A DNA stretch of 14,411 nt from assembly GCA_041577295.1 (NCBI GenBank), contig JBFGJG010000073.1, positions 1-14,411 of the forward strand, written 5' to 3'. The notes under the pieces are model-generated. The model made no database searches and was not told the origin of the DNA. It worked only from the letters and a program-made list of their open reading frames with translations. The DNA comes from Gemmatimonadales bacterium (GTDB lineage: Bacteria; Gemmatimonadota; Gemmatimonadetes; Gemmatimonadales; GWC2-71-9). The position numbers were made by a program, and so were the translations under genes. The stretch's first letter is position 1. Each line of letters opens with the position of its first letter. Below are positions 1 through 6,728 of the stretch, one piece after another.

Positions 1-1
1 C

Positions 2-2422
2 GATAGCCACGCCCATGAGGACGACCGATACGCCGACCAATGTGACCGGATCGGCCGGTGTGACCCCGAAGAATAGCCCCGAGACCAAGCGCGTCGCAGC
101 GAAGGCTGCGATCAGGCCAACGACGAGCCCACTCAGCGCGAGCACGACACCTTGGCTGACGACGAGCTTGAGTACCGACTGTTGCGAAGCACCGAACGCC
201 ATCCGCACCCCAATCTCGCGCGTCCGCTGGCGCACCGAGTATGCGATGACGCCGTACAGCCCCACCGAGGCCAACACGAGTGCCATGGCCGCGAATATTC
301 CGATCAGTGTGAGGGTGAAGCGCGTCTGGGCCAGCGACTCATCGACGTAGCTTTGCATCGGGCGTACCTCTGACAGCGGGACGTCGGGGTCGATCGCGTT
401 CACTTCTCGGCGAATTGCTTCGATCAGACTCGTTGGTGCCGCGGCGGAACGCACGGTGAAGCTCAACGGGAACCACGGGAAGAACCGGTACGGATAGTAC
501 ACCGTCTCGCGTCCCTCTGCGGCGAGCGTCTGTGCGTGCACACCCGCGGCCACGCCCACGACGCGCATCGGCACCCGCTCCATTCCGAACTGCTCGAAGT
601 TGAAGCGTTCGATCTGCAGCTCCTTGCCAACAGCATCGCCGTTGGGCCACAACTTGTTTGCGAGCTTCTCATCGATCACGGCAACGTCGAGCGCGCCGAC
701 GCGGTTGTCAGCGTCCTCGATTGAGCGGCCGGCGACGATGCGAATCCCCATGGCTTCCAGATAGCCCGGTAAGACCGCGCGGTAGTCTGCTCGGTTGCTG
801 CGCCATTCCTCTTCGCTGGATCCGCTCAGACCGTAGGAACCGATGCCGTACTGATCTCCCCCCGCCAATGGTAAGAGACTGGTCGCCCCGACAACTCGGA
901 CGCCAGGCAGGGTGGCGATCTGTGTTTGGATCCGGGTCGAAACGTCGTTGCGAACGACCGGGTCCCGATACTTGAACATTGGCACCGGCGCGGTGAACGT
1001 CAGCACGTTCTCCGACTGGAATCCCGGCGACACCGCCTGCAGCTTGCCAAACGTCCGAAACATCAAGCCCGTCCCAATCAGCAGAACGAGGGAGAGCGCT
1101 ACTTCGCCAACGACGAGTGCGGTACGAAGTTTGTTGCCACCGACCCCGCCCGCGCCGCTCCCGCGATCGCGGAGCGAATCCGCCAAGTTGGATCGCACTG
1201 CCCTGAGCGCCGGTGCGAGTCCGAACAGCAGCGCGGCCAATGCGGTCGCGCCGACGGTAAAGAGCAACACCATTCCGTCTATCGCGAACTCCTCCATCCG
1301 AATGAACGTCTCCGGCCGCATCGCGATCAAGACGCGGCCACCCCACCACGCCAGCAACACCCCGAGCACGGCGCCCGCGACCGCGAGCACGGCGCTTTCG
1401 GTGAGCATCTGCCGGATGATTCGACCACGACCGCTACCCAACGCGGACCGCACGGCGATCTCGCGCTCGCGCGCGGTGGCCCGGACCAAAAGGAGGTTTG
1501 CCACGTTGGCGCAGGCGATGAGCAGCACCAACCCAACTGCACCGAGGAGTGCGAACAGCACCGGTCGCGCGTGCTGCACGACATCCCGATGCATGGAGTT
1601 CACGGCGATCCGCATGTTGCCGTTGGCGTGATGTTGATACTGTTCGCGCAACCGCGCCGCGAGCGCGTCCATCTCTTGCTGTGCCTGCTCCATCGTGACG
1701 CCGTCTTTGATTCGCGTCACCACGGTGAGCCAGGCAGCATCGCGTGCCGCGTCCGAGAAGTTCCCGGGAATGACACCCCAGGCATCGACGTTGGTCGGCA
1801 TGCCCGCATCCTCAGGCAGATAAATACGGAACGTCGCCGGCAGCACCCCAACGACAACCGACGCCGCGCCATTGACCTGCACCGTCTTGCCCATGATGTC
1901 AGGATCAGCGCCAAAGCGCCGGCGCCAGAAGCCGTGGCTCAGCATCATCGTCCCTGGTGGGATCTCGGCGTTGGGGTCGAGGAAGATCTCGGGATCGATG
2001 GGCGCCTCATCTGCCGGTTCGAAATCGCGGCCTATGAGCGGCGGGACACCGAGGATCTGGAAGAGGTTTGCGGTCGTGTACCCAACGGTGATCTCTTCGG
2101 CGCGCCCCTCGCCGGTAATCGCGCCTTTGATAGCCACTGCACCGGCAAACCCCTCGAACAACCGCGTCTCGTTCCGATAGTCGAGAAAATCCGGGCCCGA
2201 CACGAGCGCGCGCGGTTGGTTCGTAATCTGGGTCCAAACTAGCGCCAACTCCTCGGGGTTCGCGTACGGAAGCGGCTTGAACAAGACTGCGTTCGCCACA
2301 CCGAAGATGGCCACGTTGCTCCCGATGCCGAGGGCGAGCGTGGCGACGACCGCCGCGGTGAACCCCGGCCGACGCGCAAAGGACCGGACCGCGTAGCGAA
2401 GATCGTGCGATAAGAGGCTCAT
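2..2422 (-). CDS. Duplicated ABC transporter permease (ADOP / MacB-FtsX family), about 807 aa visible, 3' end beyond the window edge
   Basis: Manual translation from ATG at 2422 (GGAG about 7 nt upstream): MSLLSHDLRYAVRSFARRPGFTAAVVATLALGIGSNVAIFGVANAVLFKPLPY ... GLVLLIACANVANLLLVRATAREREIAVRSALG ... LVVGEVALSLVLLIGTGL ... GLYGVIAYSVRQRTREIGVRMAFGA ... DPVTLVGVSVVLMGVAI. Two permease halves carry the REIAVR/REIGVR signatures. The frame is open to the window edge, so it is absent from the ORF track. Confidence 0.93.
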   Translation of the reverse strand, partial: MSLLSHDLRYAVRSFARRPGFTAAVVATLALGIGSNVAIFGVANAVLFKPLPYANPEELALVWTQITNQPRALVSGPDFLDYRNETRLFEGFAGAVAIKGAITGEGRAEEITVGYTTANLFQILGVPPLIGRDFEPADEAPIDPEIFLDPNAEIPPGTMMLSHGFWRRRFGADPDIMGKTVQVNGAASVVVGVLPATFRIYLPEDAGMPTNVDAWGVIPGNFSDAARDAAWLTVVTRIKDGVTMEQAQQEMDALAARLREQYQHHANGNMRIAVNSMHRDVVQHARPVLFALLGAVGLVLLIACANVANLLLVRATAREREIAVRSALGSGRGRIIRQMLTESAVLAVAGAVLGVLLAWWGGRVLIAMRPETFIRMEEFAIDGMVLLFTVGATALAALLFGLAPALRAVRSNLADSLRDRGSGAGGVGGNKLRTALVVGEVALSLVLLIGTGLMFRTFGKLQAVSPGFQSENVLTFTAPVPMFKYRDPVVRNDVSTRIQTQIATLPGVRVVGATSLLPLAGGDQYGIGSYGLSGSSEEEWRSNRADYRAVLPGYLEAMGIRIVAGRSIEDADNRVGALDVAVIDEKLANKLWPNGDAVGKELQIERFNFEQFGMERVPMRVVGVAAGVHAQTLAAEGRETVYYPYRFFPWFPLSFTVRSAAAPTSLIEAIRREVNAIDPDVPLSEVRPMQSYVDESLAQTRFTLTLIGIFAAMALVLASVGLYGVIAYSVRQRTREIGVRMAFGASQQSVLKLVVSQGVVLALSGLVVGLIAAFAATRLVSGLFFGVTPADPVTLVGVSVVLMGVAI

Positions 2423-2509
2423 GGCAGACTCCGGGACTCTCTTCCCACAACTATCGGGCAGCGCCGGTCGCGTTCGACGTTCGCGATCCGATCCTTGAAG
2501 AGGGGTCCG

Positions 2510-2538
2510 AACATATACCGAATATGCGGCGACCGCAA
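2510..2538 (-). promoter_or_regulatory. Candidate sigma70 promoter for the permease gene
   Basis: Minus strand TTGCGG (2538-2533), 17 nt, TATGTT (2515-2510); overlaps a small CATAT-N5-ATATG inverted repeat (2512-2526). Confidence 0.4.
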
Positions 2539-2552
2539 CCAGGCAACCGACG

Positions 2553-3017
2553 CTACCCCGACCCTGCTTTGCGAGGCGGGCGGTCGCCCATCCAGTATCG
2601 CGGTCCCGGCCCCAGCCGCGCGGCGCGGTCGCCCGGGTTGGCGAGGCGGCACCGGTCGAGCGACAGGCAGCCGCACCCAATGCATGCGGTGAGTCCGGCC
2701 TTCAGGCGCTCGAGCTCGCCGATTCGCTCGTCGATGCGTGACGTCCACGAGCTGGAGAGCCGTGTCCAATGCCGGCGGCTCGGTGCGGAGTCGGAAGGGA
2801 GTTTGGCCAGCTCCTCACTGATTTCCTCCAGCGACAAACCGATCCGCTGTGCAAACACGATGAACGCGATCCTGCGCAGGACCGCCCGTGGATACCTGCG
2901 GTGGCCAGAGCCCGCGCGCTCGGACGTAATCAATCCCTTTTCCTCGTAGAACCGCAGCGCCGATGCCGCCACGCCACTGCGGCGCGCCACCTGTCCAATC
3001 GTGAGAAGATCCGACAT
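2553..3017 (-). CDS. soxR: Redox-sensitive transcriptional activator SoxR (MerR family, [2Fe-2S]), 154 aa
   Basis: MSDLLTIGQVARRSGVAASALRFYEEKGLI (MerR HTH), SERAGSGHRRYPRAVLRRIAFI, and the diagnostic CIGCGCLSLDRC cluster motif followed by NPGD...GPGPR. The true start is ATG 3017, not the long ORF-track start at 3614. Confidence 0.97.
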   Translation of the reverse strand: MSDLLTIGQVARRSGVAASALRFYEEKGLITSERAGSGHRRYPRAVLRRIAFIVFAQRIGLSLEEISEELAKLPSDSAPSRRHWTRLSSSWTSRIDERIGELERLKAGLTACIGCGCLSLDRCRLANPGDRAARLGPGPRYWMGDRPPRKAGSG

Positions 3018-3024
3018 GAGTGGG

Positions 3025-3053
3025 AACGTAGCCGGACTGGGTCTTGACTTCAA
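3025..3053 (-). promoter_or_regulatory. soxR promoter, probably giving a leaderless transcript
   Basis: Minus strand TTGAAG (3053-3048), 17 nt, TACGTT (3030-3025), then 7 nt to the ATG; no Shine-Dalgarno. The -35 lies inside the SoxR box. Confidence 0.65.
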
Positions 3054-3074
3054 GTTCGCTTGAACTTGTAGTTT
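3044..3074 (+). promoter_or_regulatory. SoxR-activated MerR-type promoter containing a SoxR box
   Basis: TTGACT (3044-3049), 19-nt spacer, TAGTTT (3069-3074). The box CTTCAAGTTCGCTTGAAC (3048-3065) matches the E. coli soxbox CCTCAAGTTAACTTGAGG at 13/18 and contains the dyad TTCAAG-N4-CTTGAA. AGGAGG RBS precedes ATG 3096. Confidence 0.9.
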
Positions 3075-3095
3075 GGTCTTCGAAGGAGGCACGAC

Positions 3096-3848
3096 ATGAA
3101 AAACGGTCATTGGCCCGAACCGCCGCGCGGTCTCCGTGTCGCGATAACCGGGGGCACCTCCGGTCTCGGTCTGGCGCTGCTGCAAACCCTGCATGATCGC
3201 GGTGCCGCGGTGGCGTTCGTCGCTCGGCGTCCCGGTGCCGTGCGCGACGTGGCACGACGCCACCCGGGAACTCATGGGATCATCGGGGACATTGCACGCA
3301 AGGACGACACACACCGGATCGCGATGGGTGTGACGACGGCACTTGGTGGACTGGACGTGCTCATCAACAACGCCTCGAGCCTGGGGCCCGTGCCGCTGGC
3401 GCTGCTGGCGGATACCGAATGCGAGGATCTCGAGACGGCGCTGGCGACCAACGTCCTTGGCCCGTTCCGCCTCACGAAGGCACTGCTTGGCGCGCTCGCC
3501 GCTTCCGCGCGGGCCGGCCGCCCTGCGCTCGTGATCAACATCATCAGCGATGCGGCCACCACCCCGTACGCTGGTTGGGGCGCGTATGGCGCGAGCAAAG
3601 CAGCACTGCACCACATGAGCCGTATCTGGGACGCGGAACTGCAGTCACACGGTATCCGAGTTCACGCGATCGATCCCGGTGACATGGACACACCACTGCA
3701 CGCGTTGGCGGTGCCCGACGCGGATCCCGCCAGTCTGAAGCGGCCAGCGGACGCCGCCGAGGAGATAACGACGTGGCTTGTCGAGTCCGCCCGGTTCACG
3801 AGAGGGTCCAATGCTCGTCGCTACCACGCCAGCCCAACGCCCGCCTGA
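3096..3848 (+). CDS. Classical SDR family NAD(P)-dependent oxidoreductase, 250 aa
   Basis: TGGTSGLG cofactor-binding motif, LDVLINNAS, catalytic Ser in NIISDAA, YGASKAA (YxxxK), DPGDMDT. Basic residues after beta2 (FVARR) suggest NADP(H) preference. Strong RBS. Confidence 0.95.
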   Translation: MKNGHWPEPPRGLRVAITGGTSGLGLALLQTLHDRGAAVAFVARRPGAVRDVARRHPGTHGIIGDIARKDDTHRIAMGVTTALGGLDVLINNASSLGPVPLALLADTECEDLETALATNVLGPFRLTKALLGALAASARAGRPALVINIISDAATTPYAGWGAYGASKAALHHMSRIWDAELQSHGIRVHAIDPGDMDTPLHALAVPDADPASLKRPADAAEEITTWLVESARFTRGSNARRYHASPTPA

Positions 3849-5049
3849 CGCGCGGTTGCTAATCGTCGATGCGGCCGGGCGGCTGCGCCATGCGCGTAGG
3901 GCGCGGTTAGCCGAGCACCTCGAGCCCGGTGACGTGGTGATTGCGAACGATGCCGCCACCATCCCCGCGAGCCTCACCGGTGTCCACGAGCGTACCGGAG
4001 CCGAAATAGAGATCCGACTTGCCGGCAGGCGTTCGCTAGAGACGCACGACGTCCATGAGTTTACGGCGGTGGTCTTTGGCGCTGGCGATTACCGCACGCG
4101 CACCGAGGATCGCCGGCCACCACCGCGGCTATCGTCCGGCGATGCTTTGGTGTTCGGATCGTTACACGCCACGGTGCTGCGCACGGTCGGGCACGAGCGC
4201 CTCGTGACGCTCCGCTTTGAGGGCGCGCCCGACGCGATCTGGACCGCAATCGCCCACCACGGCAAACCGGTTCAGTACGCGCACGTGAAGGAGCCGCTCG
4301 CCGTGTGGGATGTGTGGACACGGGTCGCCGTCCTACCGGTGGCGTTTGAGGCACCGTCCGCAAGCTTCGTCCTCGATTGGAAAGTTCTGGGTGCCCTCAC
4401 CACCCGTGGCATCGGCTTCGGCACCGTCACGTTGGCTGCCGGGCTCTCGTCGACCGGTGACCCCGCGCTCGATAAGCGGCTGCCACTCGACGAACCCTAT
4501 TTCGTTCCGGAGATGACCGTTCGTGAAATCGCGCGCGCGTGGGAGCGGGGCGGACGTGTCGTCGCGCTCGGCACCACGGTCACCCGCGCGCTCGAGCATG
4601 CTAGCAGCCGTGGGCGGGGTCTGCGGTCCGGTCCTGGCATCGCGACCCAACGCATTGGGCCGCACACAGAGATGCAGTTGGTGGACGCCATTCTCACCGG
4701 CGTCCATGAGCCGGGGACGAGTCACTACGAGCTGCTACGCGCGTTCGCACCCGACAACGTGCTCCGTCGCGCGAGCACCGTACTCGCTAGGTGCGGTTAC
4801 CGGGCGCACGAGTTTGGCGACTCCGTGCTGCTCGAGCGGTACCGAGGGCGGCGACGTCCCGCGTCACCGAGGCCGCGGGCGATCGGTCAGGCGCGTCACC
4901 CGTCCCTGCGGCCCACGCTGTATTGGCCATCGGCGTCGATTCGGGGCCGCATTGATCGACCACTTACGAAGGCGAGCCCCAAGACACGGGTGACAGGAAG
5001 GGGTGAACGAGCGACAAGTGCTTATGAGACAGCAACTTATGTTGACTGA
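3811..5049 (+). CDS. QueA-like protein (SAM:tRNA ribosyltransferase-isomerase fold), diverged paralog, 412 aa
   Basis: QueA-family motifs in order: RPPDARLLIVD, GDVVIANDAATIPASL, GKPVQYAH, FEAPSASF, VTLAAGLSS, GRVVALGTTVTRALE, VDAILTGVHEPGTSHYELL, GYRAHEFGDSVLL. ATG 3811 follows GAGAGGG and overlaps the SDR 3' end by 38 nt. Confidence 0.88.
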   Translation: MLVATTPAQRPPDARLLIVDAAGRLRHARRARLAEHLEPGDVVIANDAATIPASLTGVHERTGAEIEIRLAGRRSLETHDVHEFTAVVFGAGDYRTRTEDRRPPPRLSSGDALVFGSLHATVLRTVGHERLVTLRFEGAPDAIWTAIAHHGKPVQYAHVKEPLAVWDVWTRVAVLPVAFEAPSASFVLDWKVLGALTTRGIGFGTVTLAAGLSSTGDPALDKRLPLDEPYFVPEMTVREIARAWERGGRVVALGTTVTRALEHASSRGRGLRSGPGIATQRIGPHTEMQLVDAILTGVHEPGTSHYELLRAFAPDNVLRRASTVLARCGYRAHEFGDSVLLERYRGRRRPASPRPRAIGQARHPSLRPTLYWPSASIRGRIDRPLTKASPKTRVTGRGERATSAYETATYVD

Positions 5050-5059
5050 TCTGGTTCGC

Positions 5060-5099
5060 GAGCCCCAGATTGGGTACCAGGAGCCTCAGGCTGGGGCTC
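5060..5099 (+). repeat. Inverted repeat just after the queA-like stop, possible terminator or processing hairpin
   Basis: GAGCCCCAG (5060-5068) and CTGGGGCTC (5091-5099) form a perfect 9-bp GC-rich stem around a 22-nt loop; no proper U-tract follows. Confidence 0.4.
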
Positions 5100-5133
5100 T
5101 TGACAAGTTTGCCTTGTTAGATAGTTATCTAAC
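5100..5133 (+). promoter_or_regulatory. arsR-family gene promoter with a palindromic operator
   Basis: Consensus -35 TTGACA at 5100-5105. A perfect inverted repeat GTTAGATA-GT-TATCTAAC (5116-5133) covers the -10 region (TAGTTA at 16-nt spacing) and ends 1 nt before ATG 5135. Confidence 0.75.
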
Positions 5134-5134
5134 C

Positions 5135-5455
5135 ATGTACGTGCCCCGTGGTGAACCCGGCCAACTTGCGCCCGGTCAATTCGAGCGCATCGCGAAGGCG
5201 CTCTCCGACCCTCGGCGTTTTGCCGTGCTCGAGACGATCGCGGCTACCCAGAACGAGTGCGCCTATCAGAAGCTGTGCGACGAGTTCCCGGTGACCAAAG
5301 CCACCATCTCGCACCATCTGAAGGAATTGGTGCAGGCCGGGCTCGTCGAGACCGAGCGGGACGGTCAGTTCGTTCACACCCGGGTTTGCCCCGGGGTAAT
5401 CGAGGCCTACGCGGCGGAGTTGGTCCGCCGGGCGAGCGGTGGAGGAGACGACTAA
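5135..5455 (+). CDS. ArsR/SmtB family winged-HTH transcriptional repressor, 106 aa
   Basis: FERIAKALSDPRRFAVLETI ... ECAYQKLCDEFPVTKATISHHLKELVQAGLVETERDGQF, a typical ArsR HTH and wing. Start placed at ATG 5135 (GTG 5141 possible). Confidence 0.92.
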   Translation: MYVPRGEPGQLAPGQFERIAKALSDPRRFAVLETIAATQNECAYQKLCDEFPVTKATISHHLKELVQAGLVETERDGQFVHTRVCPGVIEAYAAELVRRASGGGDD

Positions 5456-5586
5456 ATGTCCGCTGAGCCATTCCAGGCCGTTCCTGCGCTTGTACCAGTT
5501 GAGTGGGATAGGCGTTTTTTTTGTGCCGCATGTGTATCACAGTTTTATAACAATCAAACGACGATTGAGATGGGAGACTGTCACAT

Positions 5587-6723
5587 ATGAAGCGCCTGAC
5601 ACCAGAGAATCGCTCCCGAGTGATCATCCGGTCCATCGCGCTCGTGGGGACGATTGCCGTCATAGGAGGTGGACTCGCGGCGTGGAAGCACGCGAGCGCC
5701 GAGGACGCAGCGGCGGCGGCAGCTGCCCAGCCGGAGCCCGTCGAGGTCGTGTCCGATGCGGTTGCAACCGAGCGGGAGCATCGCGGGACCACCACATCGA
5801 TCGGAACGGTACTGGCCACCCGGTCCGTTACGCTGCGGAATGAGTTGCCGGGAACCGTGCGGTATGTGCAGCTGACGCCCGGACAGGTGGTTCCGGCAGG
5901 GGCCGTGTTGGTGGCGTTGGACGTCTCGGTGGAGGAAGCCGAGCTCAAGGCTCTGCAGGCCCGCGCCGATCTGGCGGAGACGACGCTGGCGCGCTTGCGC
6001 CGCATGGCGGAGAGCCGCGCGGTCTCCGCTATCGAAGTCGATCGTGCGAGCGCGGAGCTCGATATCGCTCGGGCGGAGATCGAGCGAGTCCGCGCCATCA
6101 TCGAGCGCAAGACCATTCGCGCGTCGTTCAAAGCGCGCGTGGGAATCGCCGACGTGCACCCCGGACAATTCCTCGATGCGGGCACCTTGCTCACGACGTT
6201 GCAGGGTGTGGATGATGCCGCGCACGTCGATTTCGCGGTGGCACAGACGGTTGCCGCGGAACTGCGTGCCGGTGACGCGGTGCGGGTGTCCTCCGGAAAC
6301 GACGATACGTCGGCACGAACTGCCCAGATCGTGGCCATCGACGCGCGGGTCGATCCGACGACCCGCAATGCGATGGTGCGTGCCCGGATCGATGACGTGG
6401 GTGACGCTCTCCGGCCCGGTGCCTCCGTCCGTGTCGAGGTCCCCGTGGGCTCGTCGACAACGGCTGTCGTCGTTCCGGTGAGCGCGCTCCGAAAGGGTCC
6501 CGCTGGCGACCACGTCTATGTGCTCGAGACGGCGGACGACGGTCAGACGCGGGCCCACCTGCGACAAGTCCAGGCCGGTCCCGTCTTGCGCGATGAAGTG
6601 GTCCTCCTCGGTGGGTTGCAACCGGGCGAGCGCGTCGCGGCCTCGGGATCGTTCAAGCTGCGTGAGGGCGCGTTGGTCCATGTGGCTGGTCATTCCGTCG
6701 CCGATGCGGGCGAGACGAGGTAA
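5587..6723 (+). CDS. RND efflux periplasmic adaptor subunit (membrane fusion protein), 378 aa
   Basis: N-terminal TM anchor (IALVGTIAVIGGGLAAW), lipoyl halves (ELPGTV...GQVVPAGAVLVALD; IRASFKARVG...VHPGQFL), helical hairpin, IDARVDPTTRN, VVVPVSAL, GLQPGERV...GSFKLREG. GGGAGA RBS. Confidence 0.95.
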   Translation: MKRLTPENRSRVIIRSIALVGTIAVIGGGLAAWKHASAEDAAAAAAAQPEPVEVVSDAVATEREHRGTTTSIGTVLATRSVTLRNELPGTVRYVQLTPGQVVPAGAVLVALDVSVEEAELKALQARADLAETTLARLRRMAESRAVSAIEVDRASAELDIARAEIERVRAIIERKTIRASFKARVGIADVHPGQFLDAGTLLTTLQGVDDAAHVDFAVAQTVAAELRAGDAVRVSSGNDDTSARTAQIVAIDARVDPTTRNAMVRARIDDVGDALRPGASVRVEVPVGSSTTAVVVPVSALRKGPAGDHVYVLETADDGQTRAHLRQVQAGPVLRDEVVLLGGLQPGERVAASGSFKLREGALVHVAGHSVADAGETR

Positions 6724-6728
6724 CGACC

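Noticed and set aside
15..2242. Plus-strand ORFs such as 926..2242 and 912..1631
   Set aside because: Antisense shadows of the minus-strand permease, typical of high-GC DNA, with no recognisable motifs.
3018..3614. 199-aa N-terminal extension of SoxR in the ORF track (2553..3614)
   Set aside because: It is antisense to the SDR gene and runs through the SoxR box; SoxR homology begins at Met 3017, which has its own promoter.
3811..5049. Assigning the symbol queA
   Set aside because: Motifs are substantially diverged and the context (SoxR, SDR, no tgt) does not support canonical queuosine synthesis.
5003..5134. Longer ArsR start at 5003
   Set aside because: It would overlap the queA-like gene and translate through the hairpin, -35 and operator; ArsR homology starts after 5135.
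5475..5522. T8 tract after the arsR-family gene as an intrinsic terminator
   Set aside because: No convincing stem directly precedes the T-run; it may instead be an AT-rich upstream element of a pump promoter.
5521..5570. Second SoxR box or ArsR operator before the RND adaptor (TTGTGC-19-TATAAC; dyads TGTG-TAT-CACA and CAATC-N7-GATTG)
   Set aside because: The dyads match neither the SoxR box nor the 5116-5133 palindrome well; a promoter here is plausible but cannot be assigned.
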